DNA from: Octopus vulgaris
Lineage: Eukaryota
Direction: 5' to 3'
DNA: 64,000 nt
NCBI GenBank assembly: GCA_951406725.2
Contig: OX597816.1
Span: 23,312,001-23,376,000, forward strand
The notes under the pieces were generated by a model. The model saw only the letters and a program-made list of their open reading frames with translations, ran no database searches and was not told where the DNA came from. Numbering within the stretch: position 1 is the stretch's first letter; each line of letters opens with the position of its first letter. This document shows positions 13,191 through 27,303 of the stretch, one piece after another. A program made the translations under genes and the position numbers.

Positions 13191-14240
13191 CCTTATTTAA
13201 TGCCCCATATTGCTACTCTACAAGCTTTGGGCCCCAGTTCAATGTGAGAGTATTTTATAAGCTAAAATGCTATCCTGGGGTACCGCCTTAAAGAATGTAG
13301 TTCCATAAATCGACCGCAGTACTTATTTTGTTTTTCACCTGGTACGTGTTATATAGGTGTCTTTTGGACGAAGTGCTTAGTTGCGAGTGCCACGTAGTAG
13401 GACTGAACCCGAGACCAAATGGTTGGACAACAAAGACATTTTTTTATTAATTCTTTTCATTCTGTTTCCTCTGCTTCCTTCACCATTCAGTAAGTATGTA
13501 TGCGTGCGTGTTAACGAATCATATCAGATATTTACATAAAACGAGAACAACAAATCCCCTTCCCACATGCTTTCATTTACCAGCACAGAACAAACGAAGT
13601 GATGACGCAGCAAAATTCAAGAGGAATAACTCCTGTTGGTAAAGTTAGGAAAATACCTTCAGTTACGTAAAAAAAAAAGAAATAGTTATTTTTAAATATC
13701 AGTATCTAAATAGCAATTATAAACATTTGCAACATTCGGTTAAGCAGCAATAGTTATCTAGTTATCTCAGGCTTGTTTTCTGCATACAAAATACGAATAG
13801 GATAGAGTCACGTGAGTTCAGGATCTTCGATCTGTATATTGAAACAATTACATGTTGATCGAAGTGTTTCAATTCGCTGTATTTACTTATGTTAGAGAGT
13901 AACGACCCCGATACAAGGAACAGCTGAATAAGATGGTTTCTTGTTTATATAAGTAAAGGCACGTGGTCTAGTGGTTAAAAGTGCCAGTTCAACCCTGAGA
14001 GAGCAAAACGCTGATCAACAGCGTGCCAGACTGACTGTCACGTACAACTGAGCAACTAGTGAGTGTGTGTGCGTGCGTGTAGGCGCAGGTGTGGTAATAA
14101 GCCTTCTTCCCAACTACATGGTTCTGTGTTCAGTCCTACAGCATGGCACCTTGGGCAAGTGTCTTCTAGTATAGTCTAGGGTTGCCGAAGGCTTTCTGAG
14201 TGGATTTGGTTCTTAGAAACTGAAAGAAACCCGTCGTATG

Positions 14241-14275
<35 letters not shown>

Positions 14276-14480
14276 ATCTAAGTATGTCTCTGTGTCCCAC
14301 CACGTCACAGCTTGACAATCGGTGTTGGTGCGTTTACGTCCCCGTGACATAACGATTCGGCCTAAGAGTCCGATAGAACAAGTACCAGGCTTTAAAAATG
14401 AAGTCCTAAGGTCGATTCGTTCGAATAAAAATTCCTTCAAGGCGCAGTCAAATGACTGAAACTAGTAAAAGAATACATGC

Positions 14481-14518
<38 letters not shown>

Positions 14519-15116
14519 ATATATTATATATATCTTTTTTTAACTTTTATCGTGCAACAACATGAAGGAATTTAGGTGAACAAATCGACCCTAGGACGTT
14601 TTTTTAAATTTAATACTTATTCTATGGGTTCCCCCTTTTTTTTAACCGAACTGCTAAATTACGGGGACGTAAACACACCAACACCGGCTGACATACGGTA
14701 GGGGGAACGCACACGCACATATATATATATATATATATATTCATATATATGTATATATACGACGGGCTTCTTTCATCTTCCGTCTACCAATTCCACTCAC
14801 AAGGCTTTGGTCGACCCGAGGCTATAGTAGAAGAGACTTGCTCAAGATGTAGAGGTTACTGAACCGACTTGCAATACATAACAATAACAAGCTCGGATTT
14901 TATCGGTTCCACGAAGAATCGAAGACAAATGTTTCTACAGAGAAACAGAGACCTCGACAAACGAATTTGAACAACACAGGCATTTATTTTATCCAACATT
15001 GCACCCGTCCTTCGCCCTTGTGGCAAATAAATGAAATCATTATTAAACGAATACATGCAAACATATGCCCGTGTGTATAATATAAGTAAGAATGCATATG
15101 CATGTTTATATACATA

Positions 15117-15522
15117 CAGGAGTGGCTGTGTGGTAAGTAGCTTGCTAACCAACCACATGGTTCCGGGTTCAGTCCCACTGCGTGGCATCTTGGGCAAGTG
15201 TCTTCTGCTATAGTCCCGGGCCGACCAATGCCTTGTGAGTGGATTTGGTTGACGGAAACTGAAAGAAGCCTGTCGTATATATATATGCATATATATGTAT
15301 GTGTGTGTCTGTGTTTGTCCCCCTAGCATTGCTTAACAACCGATGCTGGTGTGTTTACGTCCCCGTCACTTAGCGGTTCGGCAAAAGAGACCGATAGAAT
15401 AAGTACTGGGCTTACAAAAGAATAAGTCCCGGGGTCGATTTGCTCGACTAAAGGCGGTGCTCCAGCATGGCCGCAGTCAATTGACTGAAACAAGTAAGTA
15501 AAAGAGTAAAAGAGAAAGAGTA
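15117..15522 (+). mobile_element. SINE family A
   Basis: Full match. Confidence 0.9.
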
Positions 15523-15525
15523 TAC

Positions 15526-15558
<33 letters not shown>

Positions 15559-16182
15559 AATATGCGGTAAAGACAAAACGAAGATAATGTAAGGAGACAG
15601 AATACCTGATGAAAATAAAATTAAAATTCCGTATTCAGTGTTACGCACAAATCCAGTAAACTTTGTTGGTATAAAATATATGTATATATAATATGTATAT
15701 ATATATATAATATGGTATATTCACGCACTCACACACACGGTGTAATGAGCACGACAGAACCACGTAAGGTGGTTTTTCAGCGTCGTAAGTTCTTTGACCC
15801 ACTCTGTCTGTCTCTCTCTCTCTCTCTCTTTCTCTTTCTCCTCGTCCACTAAAAGTTGATTAGCTTGTGTGACAAAGGTCACGTGGGTAGCGCAGAGTGG
15901 TGGTACTAGAAGGTAGGAGCGTATGTGTATGTATGTAAGAGTGTGTGTGTGTATGTGTGTATTTTAGTGACGGTAGAATGGGTAAGGGACTATATGTGCG
16001 TAAGAGAGGGAAGACAGAGAGAGTGAGAGAACGTAGGAAAGTGTGTGAGAGGGATAGAGAGAGGAGGGACAATTATGTAAATTTGCAGTATACGATAGTA
16101 AACTTACAATGTGTATTAGCAATGTGTGTGTGTGAGCTTGTGTGTATGCGTATGCATAAACACACACATGTGTATGTGTATG

Positions 16183-16216
<34 letters not shown>

Positions 16217-16647
16217 GAGTAACAAATTACTCATAACCTTACTATGCGCTTGTGTAAGCGGTGTGCGGGCGTGAGGGGTATCGAGGTTGCACATACGAGA
16301 GAGATAATGAAATATTTATAATGGAAGCCGCTTATTATAATCACGGATAATGTTATTATCGCCCTGTTACTTTCGTCGAAATTAATGGATCCTAAACTTT
16401 TTATTTGCTTATTGTTATCAGCCAGTCATTTTCAGCGATGGTGTTGTGTACCAAATTGATCACAATAAACGACTTTTACTATGCGTGTGTTCGTTTGAGA
16501 GCGCACGCGATGGGGCACACACGTCTGTGTGTCAGAGAATTTATGCGTATGTATATGTATACACGGTTCTCCAGCATGGCCACAGTCATTGGACTGAAAC
16601 ATATAAGAGAATAAGAGAATACATATGTTTGTGTGTGTGTACATACA

Positions 16648-16684
<37 letters not shown>

Positions 16685-16765
16685 CTCTCTCTCTCTATCT
16701 ATCTATCTATCTTTGTATCTATTATCTTTCTATTTATCTAGGTATATCTCTATAGGAATCGCTAT

Positions 16766-16803
<38 letters not shown>

Positions 16804-17436
16804 AGAATGTTGATAGATATGAAGATTGTACAAAGTACAAAATCTCGGCGTGTGAATGTATGTGTGTGTGCATGCGTGTACGTGTGTGTGTGTGTATGAG
16901 ACTATCTACTCGTTCATGTGAGACAGGATGCTTGTCTAGAGTCTGTGGATTTATGTACTTAAGTGTGTGGATGGAGTTGTGGAGAAAGGCAACGTGAGCA
17001 AACAGGTGGGAACGTGTAAGCATTCTTGGGGGAAGACAGACAGAGGCAGATCGGAATGGATACGAAACGGACAGCAGAAGAGAAAGGGAAGAAAGAAGGA
17101 GAATGTGCCATAAGCGTATGAAGGCCCCACAAAACGTGACTGCTTTTTTGTTTTGTTTTTTGTATTTTTCAAGGTTATTTATGTGCAATAACGAATCAGG
17201 TTTTAAGAGATTTCATGCGACGAGATCACTTTCGTAAACATTGGAATTATCTCTAGTTAAAAATGAAATATCAAAAAAATTTTTTTTAAATACACGGGTT
17301 GTGTGACTCAATGTGTATGAATGACAAGCTCCTGGATTTGGGTTCAGTGCCACAGCGCGGCTTTTGGGGCATATTTCTTCTGCTGTACATTATGGTAAAT
17401 ATGAATTAGGTTGTAGGAAGCTATGTGGAAGACCAG

Positions 17437-17507
<71 letters not shown>

Positions 17508-18023
17508 CATACTGTGTTATGTCCTGTTATTTGCATTTGTATTTGTGTACCATTTCTCCGTTTTTCTTTTCCGTCCTTGTTTTCGTATACATTCGCTGCT
17601 TTCCTCCAAGGATTCTAATGCTCTTAGCTTACTTTTTCGATGGGGCTGGCCAGATTGGAGCAATCTCGAGTATAAATAGCCGAAATTGCAAAGATAATTT
17701 GGAACTCGACTGAGGAAAGAAAACTTCGAATGAGCCGTACGTGCTTTTTCTTGTCCGTTTGGATGTTTTGTTGCCCCCTTTTTCAGGCTGGTCTGCTTGT
17801 TTCGTCGTTATAAGTTGGTAGGGGTTCGCTTCCCTGCTCGTAATATTTTGGATGCAACAGTGCATCGTTAACCAGCTAGAGGAGATGTCCTCTTGGAGTT
17901 AAAAAAAATTCAGTAAAGTCCGCTCGAACGGACAGCGATGTTGAAGTGGCAACGAATATTATTTGGCAGAACAACTAATCCGTTGATCTCTTAGATTTTA
18001 GAGGTAGCATTTGTGCATATATA

Positions 18024-18076
<53 letters not shown>

Positions 18077-18078
<2 letters not shown>

Positions 18079-18242
18079 CGCAGGAGTGGTTGTGTGGTCA
18101 GTAGCTTGCTTACCAACAACATGGTTCCGGGTTCAGTCGCACTGCGTGGCACCTTGGGCGAGTGTCTTCTACTGTAGCCTCGGGCCGACGAAAGCTTTGT
18201 GAGTGGATTTGGTAGACGGAAACTGAAAGAAGCTCGTCGTAT

Positions 18243-18285
<43 letters not shown>

Positions 18286-18491
18286 TATGTTTGTGCGCCT
18301 GTGTTTGTCTACACAACATCGCTTGACAACCAATGCTGGTGTGTTTACGTCCCTCTAATATAGCGGTTCGACAAAAGAGACAGATAGAATAAGTACTAGG
18401 CTTACAAAGAATATGTCCTGGGGTCGACTTGTTTGACTAAATGCGGTGCCCCAGCATGGCCGCAGTCAAATGATTGAAACAGATAAAAGAA
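18077..18491 (+). mobile_element. SINE family A
   Basis: Full match. Confidence 0.9.
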
Positions 18492-18961
18492 TATGTGTGT
18501 GTGTGTGTGGAATATTATTTACATGTCTCAAGTGGCTTTGCGAAACAGTCTTATGAATCTGGTTTGCTTCTTGAAAATACAATCAAGAGATGTGTTTCCC
18601 AAACTTATTTCGTTTCGAAGCCTTTGTTTCATTTTCTCTATATTAGAACCCCTCATCTATATATTAGGGACAATTCTTGTCACCATAAATTTTGATAATC
18701 ATTAAATAAAATAAAAACTTATTTAACGAACGAGTTTCTCTATAGGCGAAAGTGTGACTGGATGGTAAGAAGTCTCCTTCCCAAACACGTGGTTCCGAGT
18801 TCAGCCACACTTGTATTAGGAAAATTACCAGTGGTCGAGGGACGTACTCTGCATGAAAAAGTACGTGGTTATGTTGTAAGTAACGTACAAAATGTAGTGA
18901 ATCAAAAATCAACAAAAAAGTTCAAATAATTAAAATTACACCCCAAGCTTTAAATAATCTG

Positions 18962-19400
18962 CAGTGATGGTGGGGGTGGGGTGGTGTTGGTGGTGGTGCT
19001 GGCGGTGGTTAAAATGAAGGAGTTAGTGGCTGCGTTGGTGACGTTATTTTGAAGGTTATATAGATAGTGAAGTTAGTGTTAAGAATAGGGGGATTGGTGG
19101 TGTGGTTGCTGGTGATGGTTATGGTACAGTTGATGCTGGTGGTGGTGGTTTGGTGGTGGTGGTGGTGGTGATGGTAATATTCAGGCGTTCTTGGTGGGCA
19201 TAGTGACGGTAAATGTAACGGTGGTGGTGTTGTGGTTAGTATTGATGATGGCGGTGTTCGTGTGTATAACAGTATTATTATTGTTGTTGATGTTACAGAT
19301 AGTGGTATTGTTAGTGTTGGTGGTGACATGAATAGTTGAGATGATGGTTGTTGAGGAGATGGTGGTAACGATGTAAGTGGTTGTCGTAAAGCAGATAAAT
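18962..19400. repeat. Degenerate (GGT)n low-complexity tract
   Basis: GGT/GTT/GAT triplet runs. Confidence 0.8.
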
Positions 19401-19840
19401 TAAGTGCTGCAGGGGATATATATATATAAATTAAATTAGAGAGAAAACCACTATTAGGCAAATCAAACAGTGAAAAACATAAACCAAAACGTAGAAATAA
19501 AATTAATTAATATAATATACAAAATATACAAAATATATAATTCAAAATTTAAATTATTTAAATTAAAAGTTGAAAATTTAAAATTATTAATTTCTATTTA
19601 TAAATTTATATATATATATATATATTATTTATTAAATATATATAACTATCAAAAAGTATTTAAAAGTTTTATATAAGATAAAAAGTATTATATATATATA
19701 AGAGATAATAGTGTCATTGAGACCCAAAGGTATCAGATAATGCTGAATAAATGCTATAGACAGACCATAGTGAAGTTCCAGATTCGGTAATATTGCGAAT
19801 AAAGGGTTTAACGTTGGTTCTAGATCAGCGTGTGTATATA

Positions 19841-19963
19841 AGAATTTTTTGCGTAATAAGATAAAAAAAACCATGACTGTATAGATATTAGAGCATTTAT
19901 AGATAGATAATGCTCTAATATCTATATAACCTTGGTTTTTTAGCTTATTACGCAAAAATTTCT
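19841..19963. repeat. Imperfect palindrome (arms of about 55 bp) between (TA)n tracts
   Basis: agaattttttgcgtaataag...gatattagagcatt / aatgctctaatatc...cttattacgcaaaaatttct. Confidence 0.8.
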
Positions 19964-19983
19964 CATACATATATATATATATG

Positions 19984-20096
19984 ATTGACAAAGGAAACGG
20001 AAGATAGATTTAGCATTCATATTTTGCAAATTCTTATATATATATATAATTGACAAAGGAATGGGAAGATAGATTTAGCATTCAAATTTTGCAAAC
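19984..20096. repeat. Local tandem duplication (~65-bp period)
   Basis: attgacaaaggaa..gaagatagatttagcattca..ttttgcaaa occurs twice, separated by (TA)n. Confidence 0.8.
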
Positions 20097-21348
20097 TATG
20101 ACACAAATTCGACACTAGTATTCAGCTGGTACTTATTTTATCGACCCTGAAGGATAAAAGGCAAAATCAACCTCGGCGGAATTTGAACTCAGAACGCAAA
20201 GATAGATGCAATGCCGCTTAGCGTTTTTGCCCGGCGTGCTAACGATTCTTCCAGCTCGCAGCCTCAATAATGCATACATACATACATACATACATACATA
20301 CATACATACATACATACATACATACATACATACATACATACATACATACATACATACATACATACATACATACATACATGTCTGTGTCGGATTGTCTTTG
20401 CCTCAAGGGCCATCCGGACTCCCGCCTTCACCGTGAACAGGAGTTAAGCTTCTCACTTCGCTCCTTTGCGTCACATAGGATCAACTCCCTTTTTCTCTTC
20501 ATCTGACACCTACTTCCTCTTTTCACTCCAACCCACCTTCTCTCTTCATTGATACAAACAACGGCAGAAATTTCATTCAGCTGAATACACGTTATTTATT
20601 GGTTGAAATTACCGAAATACTATAACTTTAACGCGAAATAACTTCGCAAATATAAGTTTTTCTCAAAAATGCTAAGGGTAAAAGATGTTTTATATGACAC
20701 ATTCTATCAGTGTCCGAAGTTTGAAAGTGTTTAGTTACAAAAAATTATTTTTTTTAATCTGTACGTCAAAAGGTAAATATTCCCTGAAGGAGCTGCTTTA
20801 GCATGGCCGCAATGAAGTCAATGATAAAAGATTTACTAATTGACGGTTATATCAGTACTTCAGTTTCGTGATATTAGTGATAGTAATAGTGGTTGTGCTG
20901 TTGTTCTTAGTGCGGGTGGTGGTGCTGGTGCTGCTGGTGCTGCTAGTGGTGGTGGTGGCGGTGTGTGTACTGTCAGTTTATTCGATGCTTCACTAAGGAG
21001 GTCTAAAAAGATCAAAACATGATAAGTACACGTTTTACCACTTAGTGAAGGATATAAAAGTGGGATTCATGACCTTTCAAGGTGTTCGAGACTTACATAC
21101 AGGAGACAGCGAGGAAATTATCATGAAAATTCGACTTCAATTGCTTCTTTAAAAAAGTGAACTCAGCTTATGGGCACACAAGGGCCAGTTGGTGGTGTTG
21201 AACCTTCGATGAATTAAAACTACGACCAAAGAAAACACAAAATTTAGGACTTCATTTATTGGTCCACACTGAGATAAATGAAAACGGGACTTCGGCGAGA
21301 TTTGAAACTAAAGTGCAAAGCACACGATTATATGCACCAGATGTCTTC

Positions 21349-21677
21349 GAGGTCGACTTTGCCTTTCATCCTTTCGGGGTCGATAAATAAAGTACCAGTT
21401 ACGCACTGGAGTCGATATAATCGTTTTAATCCGTTTGTCTGTCCTTGTTTGTCATCTCTGTGTTTGGCCTCTTGTGGGTTGTAAAGAAATAGATATTTCG
21501 TCCGCCGCTACGTTCTGAATTCAAATTCCGCCGAGGTCGACTTTGCCTTTCATCCTTTCGGGTTCGATAAATTAAATACCAGTTACGCACTGGGGTTGAT
21601 GAGATTGACTTAATCCCTTTGTCTGTACTTGTTTGTCCCCTCTATATTTAGCCCCTTGTAGGCAATAAAGAAATAAG
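21349..21677 (+). mobile_element. SINE family B, headless tandem units
   Basis: Two units of about 184 bp. Confidence 0.85.
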
Positions 21678-22159
21678 ATGTCTTCTCCGACTGTCTAGTA
21701 TACTCTGCCAGCCTACTGCTACTGGGCTATCAAAAACACTTATTTTTTCGACCCCCACAAAGAGAAAAGAAAACAGAAATTGACATCATGTGATACGAAC
21801 TGGAGGAAAGCCTAAACGACGGAGAATAAATTTGTTCGGCGCACTAACGACTCTGCTAAACCGTTGCACATTCCAGTAACATCAATATAATAATGACTAA
21901 TATTTATTTCCACACCACTACCGCAAAAATATGTTTTCCTCAATATGTTATCATTAACATAACTATTTAATTATTGTGAATAAACAGCGATAACGGATAT
22001 AGAACATATGCAATCTTTGGCAGAGTCTGGTTATATTACAGAATGTGGATCATACTCTCACAACGCCAAGCCAAAGTCAAACACGTACATACACATATAT
22101 ACGTATGTACCACACACTGACACGCGCGCACATGTACACGCACACAGATACATATATGC

Positions 22160-22190
<31 letters not shown>

Positions 22191-22771
22191 CAAATACGTT
22201 ATATATATATACATACATCATACATCCATATATAATATATATACATGAATATATATGTGTGTGTGTGAGTGTGCATGTTTGTATGTATGTATATATGTAA
22301 GTATGTATGTATGTATGTATGTATGTATATATATATATGTGTGTGTGTGTGTATGAGTGAGTGTGTATGTATGTATGTATGTATGTGTGTATATATGTGT
22401 AAAATGCGAAACCAATAACACGAAAATAGATTACTTCCCGTAAGATTAATATTGATGTTCTGTCATGAAGTGTATCGTGTATACACTTCCTTTTAGGTGT
22501 AAAGTAAAGAGAAAACCCAGCGCTCACAAACCAAGTCTTAATGAAAAGCTGTCCGTCTGTCTGTGTAGGAAAATGCAGTTTGCTAATCTTGCAGTGTAAA
22601 CTTATTGACCCAAGTGACATGTCTAGTACATGAAATGAGGAAAGGTGTCTTTATCCGCTGACTGAAGAGCGATTTGCCGTGGTATACTAAATTCAGGCAA
22701 ATTTTCATTTTGTAGGATGACGAGATCATCAGACTAATAATAAACAGACGCAATGTTTCTGTTTCACTTCC

Positions 22772-22836
<65 letters not shown>

Positions 22837-22846
22837 CATTATTATT

Positions 22847-23327
22847 GGGTGGGAGAGCAGCGCATGCCATCAAAGTGACACTGCGGTACAAATATACGAA
22901 GCCCAATATACCCATCATGACTACCCCTCTGATAAGGGTACACTAGGCACATGCTTCCCAACCATATGTGCGGGACATGATAGTCTCATATCATGATAAA
23001 CAGCGCATGACCTTGCAGGTAAGGCCCAGTTGGAATTTTCTTCAGGTCGATTGGCCCATCCTACTCAAAAGGTCCCTGAATAAGGTTTGTTTTAAAGATG
23101 ATGAACGAAACACCCATGTTTCCAGAGGTAAATAATTCAAACCCCAAAGAATGCCTCTCAAAAAATGGCTATGATGCTCCCCCACTACTTCTACTCGTGA
23201 GTAGAGATGCACATATTGTCAGCCACTAAAGGACATGCTCAACTGATTAAGGTCAAACAGCTGACAAGCAAATCTGTGGTACTGAGTAGAATATTTGCTG
23301 TAGCCCATCTTTTATACTAGGCAAAAC
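22847..23327 (-). mobile_element. (TAA)n-associated non-coding retroelement, copy 1
   Basis: Reverse complement of 33618-34347; abuts (TTA)n. Confidence 0.8.
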
Positions 23328-24566
23328 GCTTAGCGGCCTTTCACCCGTTACTACGTTCTGAATTCAAATTCCACCGAGTTCGACTTCACCTTTCACCCTT
23401 TTGGGGTCGATAAGGTAAGTACTAGCCGAGCACTGGGATCGATGTAATCGACTAGTCCACACACCCGAAATCTCAGGTTTTGTGCCTCTTAGAGAAAGGA
23501 TTATTATAAGTCAGTTGAAAGCGGCGAGCTGGCAGAATCGTTAGCGGCATTTCGTCCGCATTTACGTTTCCGAGTTCAAATTCCGCTGAGACTTTACCTT
23601 TCATTCTTTCGGACTCGATAAAATAAGTACCAGTTGTGTACTGGGGTTGATATAATCGACGATCACACTCCCCCAAATTTCAGGCCTTATGCTTATTGTA
23701 AAAGGGATCATTATTTGTAAGTTGGTTAAGATGGCGAGCTGTTACAGCGTCAGAAAAAAATGCTTTGCAGTGTTTCTTGTGTTCTGTGTTCAAATTCAGT
23801 CGAAGTCAACGTTATCTTTATCGATCCTATCCTCTGTACATCGATATATTAAGTATCAATTGAAGGTTAGGGTCGATCTGGTTCGCTTACCATCTCCCCC
23901 AAAATGCTGTCCTTGTACCAAAATTTGAAATCAGTATTAGTCAATTGATGAATCATTTAGCCAGTTCATTCTTCAATCCTTCCCTCAATCAATCAGGTTT
24001 TCTCAAATCCTTTCGCCAACGAAATTTTTTCTCTCCCTTTGCAAAAGCAGAAAACACAACCAGAAAGATTGTCAAATACATTGTTTCGTTTTTAGCCTTT
24101 GGCCAGCGGTTAACAAGTAGACCTGTAATCAAAATTAATTATTTTTATTATAGCATTCACATCAATTAGGCGTAGGAGTGGCTGTGGGGTAAGTAGCTTG
24201 CTTACGAACCACATGGTTCCGGGTTCAGTCCCACTGCGTGGCACCTTGAGCAAGTGTCTTCTACTAAAGCCTCGGGCCGACCAAAACCCTGTGAGTGATT
24301 TGGTAGACGGAAACTGAAAGACGCCCATCGTATATATATATATATATATATTTGGTAAAATAGAAAGATGAATAATCTTGTTGCAGATTAATCAAAAGTT
24401 TAACCGATACCTTGGTAGCAAAAGTCACAGCAGAAGAAAGCACGGTTGGAGATAAAACCATTTGGTGTTGCAACCGTGCGTTGGTGCGGATAATTGAATT
24501 TTAATATTATTAGTGAATTGAAGAAATGGAGTTGAACAAAGATTGAACAGAATTCCTTTTATTGCA

Positions 24567-24646
24567 TTCTACACATGTTTCAAAAGCCACAATTTTCCAA
24601 ATTCTGATTAAATAAGGATACCATATTGTGGCTTTCTCTTCAGGAA
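24567..24646 (-). ncRNA. Type I hammerhead ribozyme (left arm)
   Basis: Reverse complement of the plus-strand HHR at 24715-24794. Confidence 0.75.
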
Positions 24647-24714
24647 AAAAATAGGAATTCCGTTGGCAGAACGCCTCTGTTCTGTTTTGTTCTGCCAACG
24701 GAATTCCTATTTTT

Positions 24715-24794
24715 TTCCTGAAGAGAAAGCCACAATATGGTATCCTTATTTAATCAGAATTTGGAAAATTGTGGCTTTTGAAACATGTGTAGAA
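24715..24794 (+). ncRNA. Type I hammerhead ribozyme (right arm)
   Basis: ttc-CTGAAGA-gaaagccacaat...attgtggctttt-GAAA-ca(tg)t-GTA-gaa; 12-bp stem II; predicted cleavage after A24791. Confidence 0.78.
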
Positions 24795-24849
24795 TGTAAT
24801 AAAAGGAATTCTGTTCAATCTTCGTTCAACTCCATTTCTTCAATTCACT

Positions 24850-24924
<75 letters not shown>

Positions 24925-25429
24925 TGTTTGTGTGTGTGTGTGTTTGTGTGTCTGTTTGTTCCCCCGAACATCGCTTGACAACTGATGCTGGTATGTTTAC
25001 GTCTCCATAAATTAGCGGTTCGGCAAAAGAGACCGATAGAATAAGTACTAGGCTTACAAAGAATAAGTCCTGGGGTCGATTTGCTCGACTAAAGGCGGTG
25101 CTCCAGTATGGCCACAGTCAAATGACTGAATCAAGTAAAAGAGTAAAAAGTAGATTTTCATACTGGATGGTATATTCAGGATTGAATTATCCACTGAGAT
25201 CTTCAAGATGATCAGATGGAAATTTTGGATCTTAAGATTCTTTTTAAGAATAGAAGCTATATTTTGTGTTATGGAAATGGTGTAACCGATAACTAGCAAT
25301 AGCAGGTTTGTGATTCTACAGATTATAATGTGGCAAGTTCTGTGAAAATTAGATTATAAATTTAGTGGTGGTATAGCCCATTGCGTAAGCGATGACAACG
25401 TATCGCCGATATTAGTGACAATACTACAT

Positions 25430-25650
25430 ACTCTTTTACTCTACTCTTTTACTTGTTTCAGTCATTTGATTGCGGCCATGCTGGAACACCGTCTTTGGTC
25501 GAGCAGATCAACCCCAGGACTTATTCTTTGTAAGCCTAGTACTTATTCTATCGCTCATTTTTGCCGAACCGCTAGGTTACGGGGACGCAAACGCACCAGC
25601 ATCGCTTGTCAAGCGATGTTGGTGGGACAAACACAGCCACACAAACATAT

Positions 25651-25713
<63 letters not shown>

Positions 25714-25882
25714 CATATATACGACGGCCTTCTATCAGTTTCTATGCACCAAATCCACTCACAAGGCTTTGGTCAGCCCGAGGCTACTGTAGAAGACACT
25801 TGCCCAAGGTGCCACGCAATGGGAATGAACCCGGAACCATGTGGTTGGTAAGCAAGCTTCTTACCACATAGCCACTCCTGCG
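25430..25882 (-). mobile_element. SINE family A
   Basis: Full match. Confidence 0.9.
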
Positions 25883-27289
25883 CATACATGGAGAGATATC
25901 TGGAATATAAGCTGCACATAAGCTTGGTGTTAACTGTGGGTTTAAGACCAGATAATTGCCTGAGTATATTCATCATAATTTTCGGTCACTAGTGATTTTG
26001 TGCCTCCGTTTATTTTGACGGTTATGCCTAATTCCATTATCTCTGTATAGCCCTAAGAACAAACCAACTAGGTTACATGCATCCACACCATTGTAACTAC
26101 CCGAATAGACGTCAAAAAGCTCATTTCAATTCTTCTTTACCCATGGTAATTTGGCGGCGAGCTAGCAGAATCGTTAGCATGCCGGGTAAAATGTTTAGCA
26201 GCATTTCGTCCGTTCTGAGTTCAAATTCCGCTGAGATCGACTTTACCTTGCATCCATTTCAGGATCGATAAATTAAGTACCTGTTGAGGACTGGTGTCAA
26301 TGTAATCGACTTACCCCACCCCCGAACTTGCAGGCCCTGTGCCAAGGTTTGAAACCAATTCTTCTTTACCCACAAAGAGTTATTACTAATGCATCGTGTA
26401 TTTAAGATTATGTTAGCATCATCATCAGTTTTCTCGCTGCTGAATTTTCCGAATTTCAAAGACCAGAGGACCAATTCCCTGGAGAGGATGCCAAACGGGT
26501 ACAAGTATACAATTTGCCTTATTCAGAATATTACTGAATAACGTAAGGGCAGTTCCATTGTCTTCGGTATGTAGCTTCCCCTGGTATAGCTGCCTTTTAA
26601 TATATTCCTACCGGTTGTACCCAATTCACTTTTCATAGGGCTTCTCTACAAAATTATTTCTATGATCTTTAAGCAATAGGTACGGCTTACATGGGTTTAG
26701 GTCCTCTGTTGGGTCTGTTATATTTAAATTTCTGCCTAGGTGTCTCGAACTTTCTAAGTTCTGGAACAAGTTTCTTGTACATTTAGATGTTGTATTTGCA
26801 GCGCAGTTTAATCTCTTCTACTCTAGGCACAAGGCCCGAATTTTTGGGGAAGGGTGCCAGTCGATTTGGTACTTAATTTATCGACCTCGAAAAAATGAAA
26901 AGCAAAGCCGACTTTGTCGGAATTTGAATTCAGAACATAAGCAGGGCTGTATAATAGAACTTCTATCGTGTTCATTTAACTCTTTTTGTCAGCTGACACT
27001 AATATCTGAATAGGCTGTATGAAATGGGATAAAAGCTCTTTAAGGTCAGTCAGCACGCTGTTTTATACGGTTAGTAACATTTTATTCTCCCAACGAAGTT
27101 AATCGATTTAACTGTAGCACTCTATCGCTAATAGCTAGTTTATACTCAACCCGCCGGCTTTTATAACATCACTGACGTTTTAGCCATAGTTAAATATTAT
27201 CATTTTCACTGATTTTCGATCTGATATTCGATGTTCGGTTGCCTGTTGTTGACGATCCGCAATTTGCAGTGAAATTACTGGATGCAACA

Positions 27290-27303
27290 GTGCCATCTAC
27301 CGG
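27290..27303 (-). promoter_or_regulatory. Candidate CTCF core motif
   Basis: The minus strand reads CCGGTAGATGGCAC, matching CCRSYAGRKGGCRS. Motif match only. Confidence 0.3.

Larger units (their letters stand above)
24504..24857. repeat. 169-bp near-perfect inverted repeat with a 16-bp spacer (inverted pLTR-like)
   Basis: Arms 24504-24672 and 24689-24857; two mismatches seen. Confidence 0.95.
24169..25150 (+). mobile_element. SINE family A split by an insertion in its central (TA)n
   Basis: Head at about 24169-24332; tail at about 24950-25150. Confidence 0.88.

Noticed and set aside
17510-18015. TA-bounded insert with ggct..agcc-GAAA-ttgcaa and a later CTGAGGA
   Set aside because: It is probably a repeat of the same general class, but the core boxes are not in a valid order with paired stems, so no ribozyme is called.
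26259-26800. Possible decayed Helitron helicase or other TE coding remnant on the minus strand
   Set aside because: The resemblance is vague and there is no diagnostic motif; tBLASTn would be needed.
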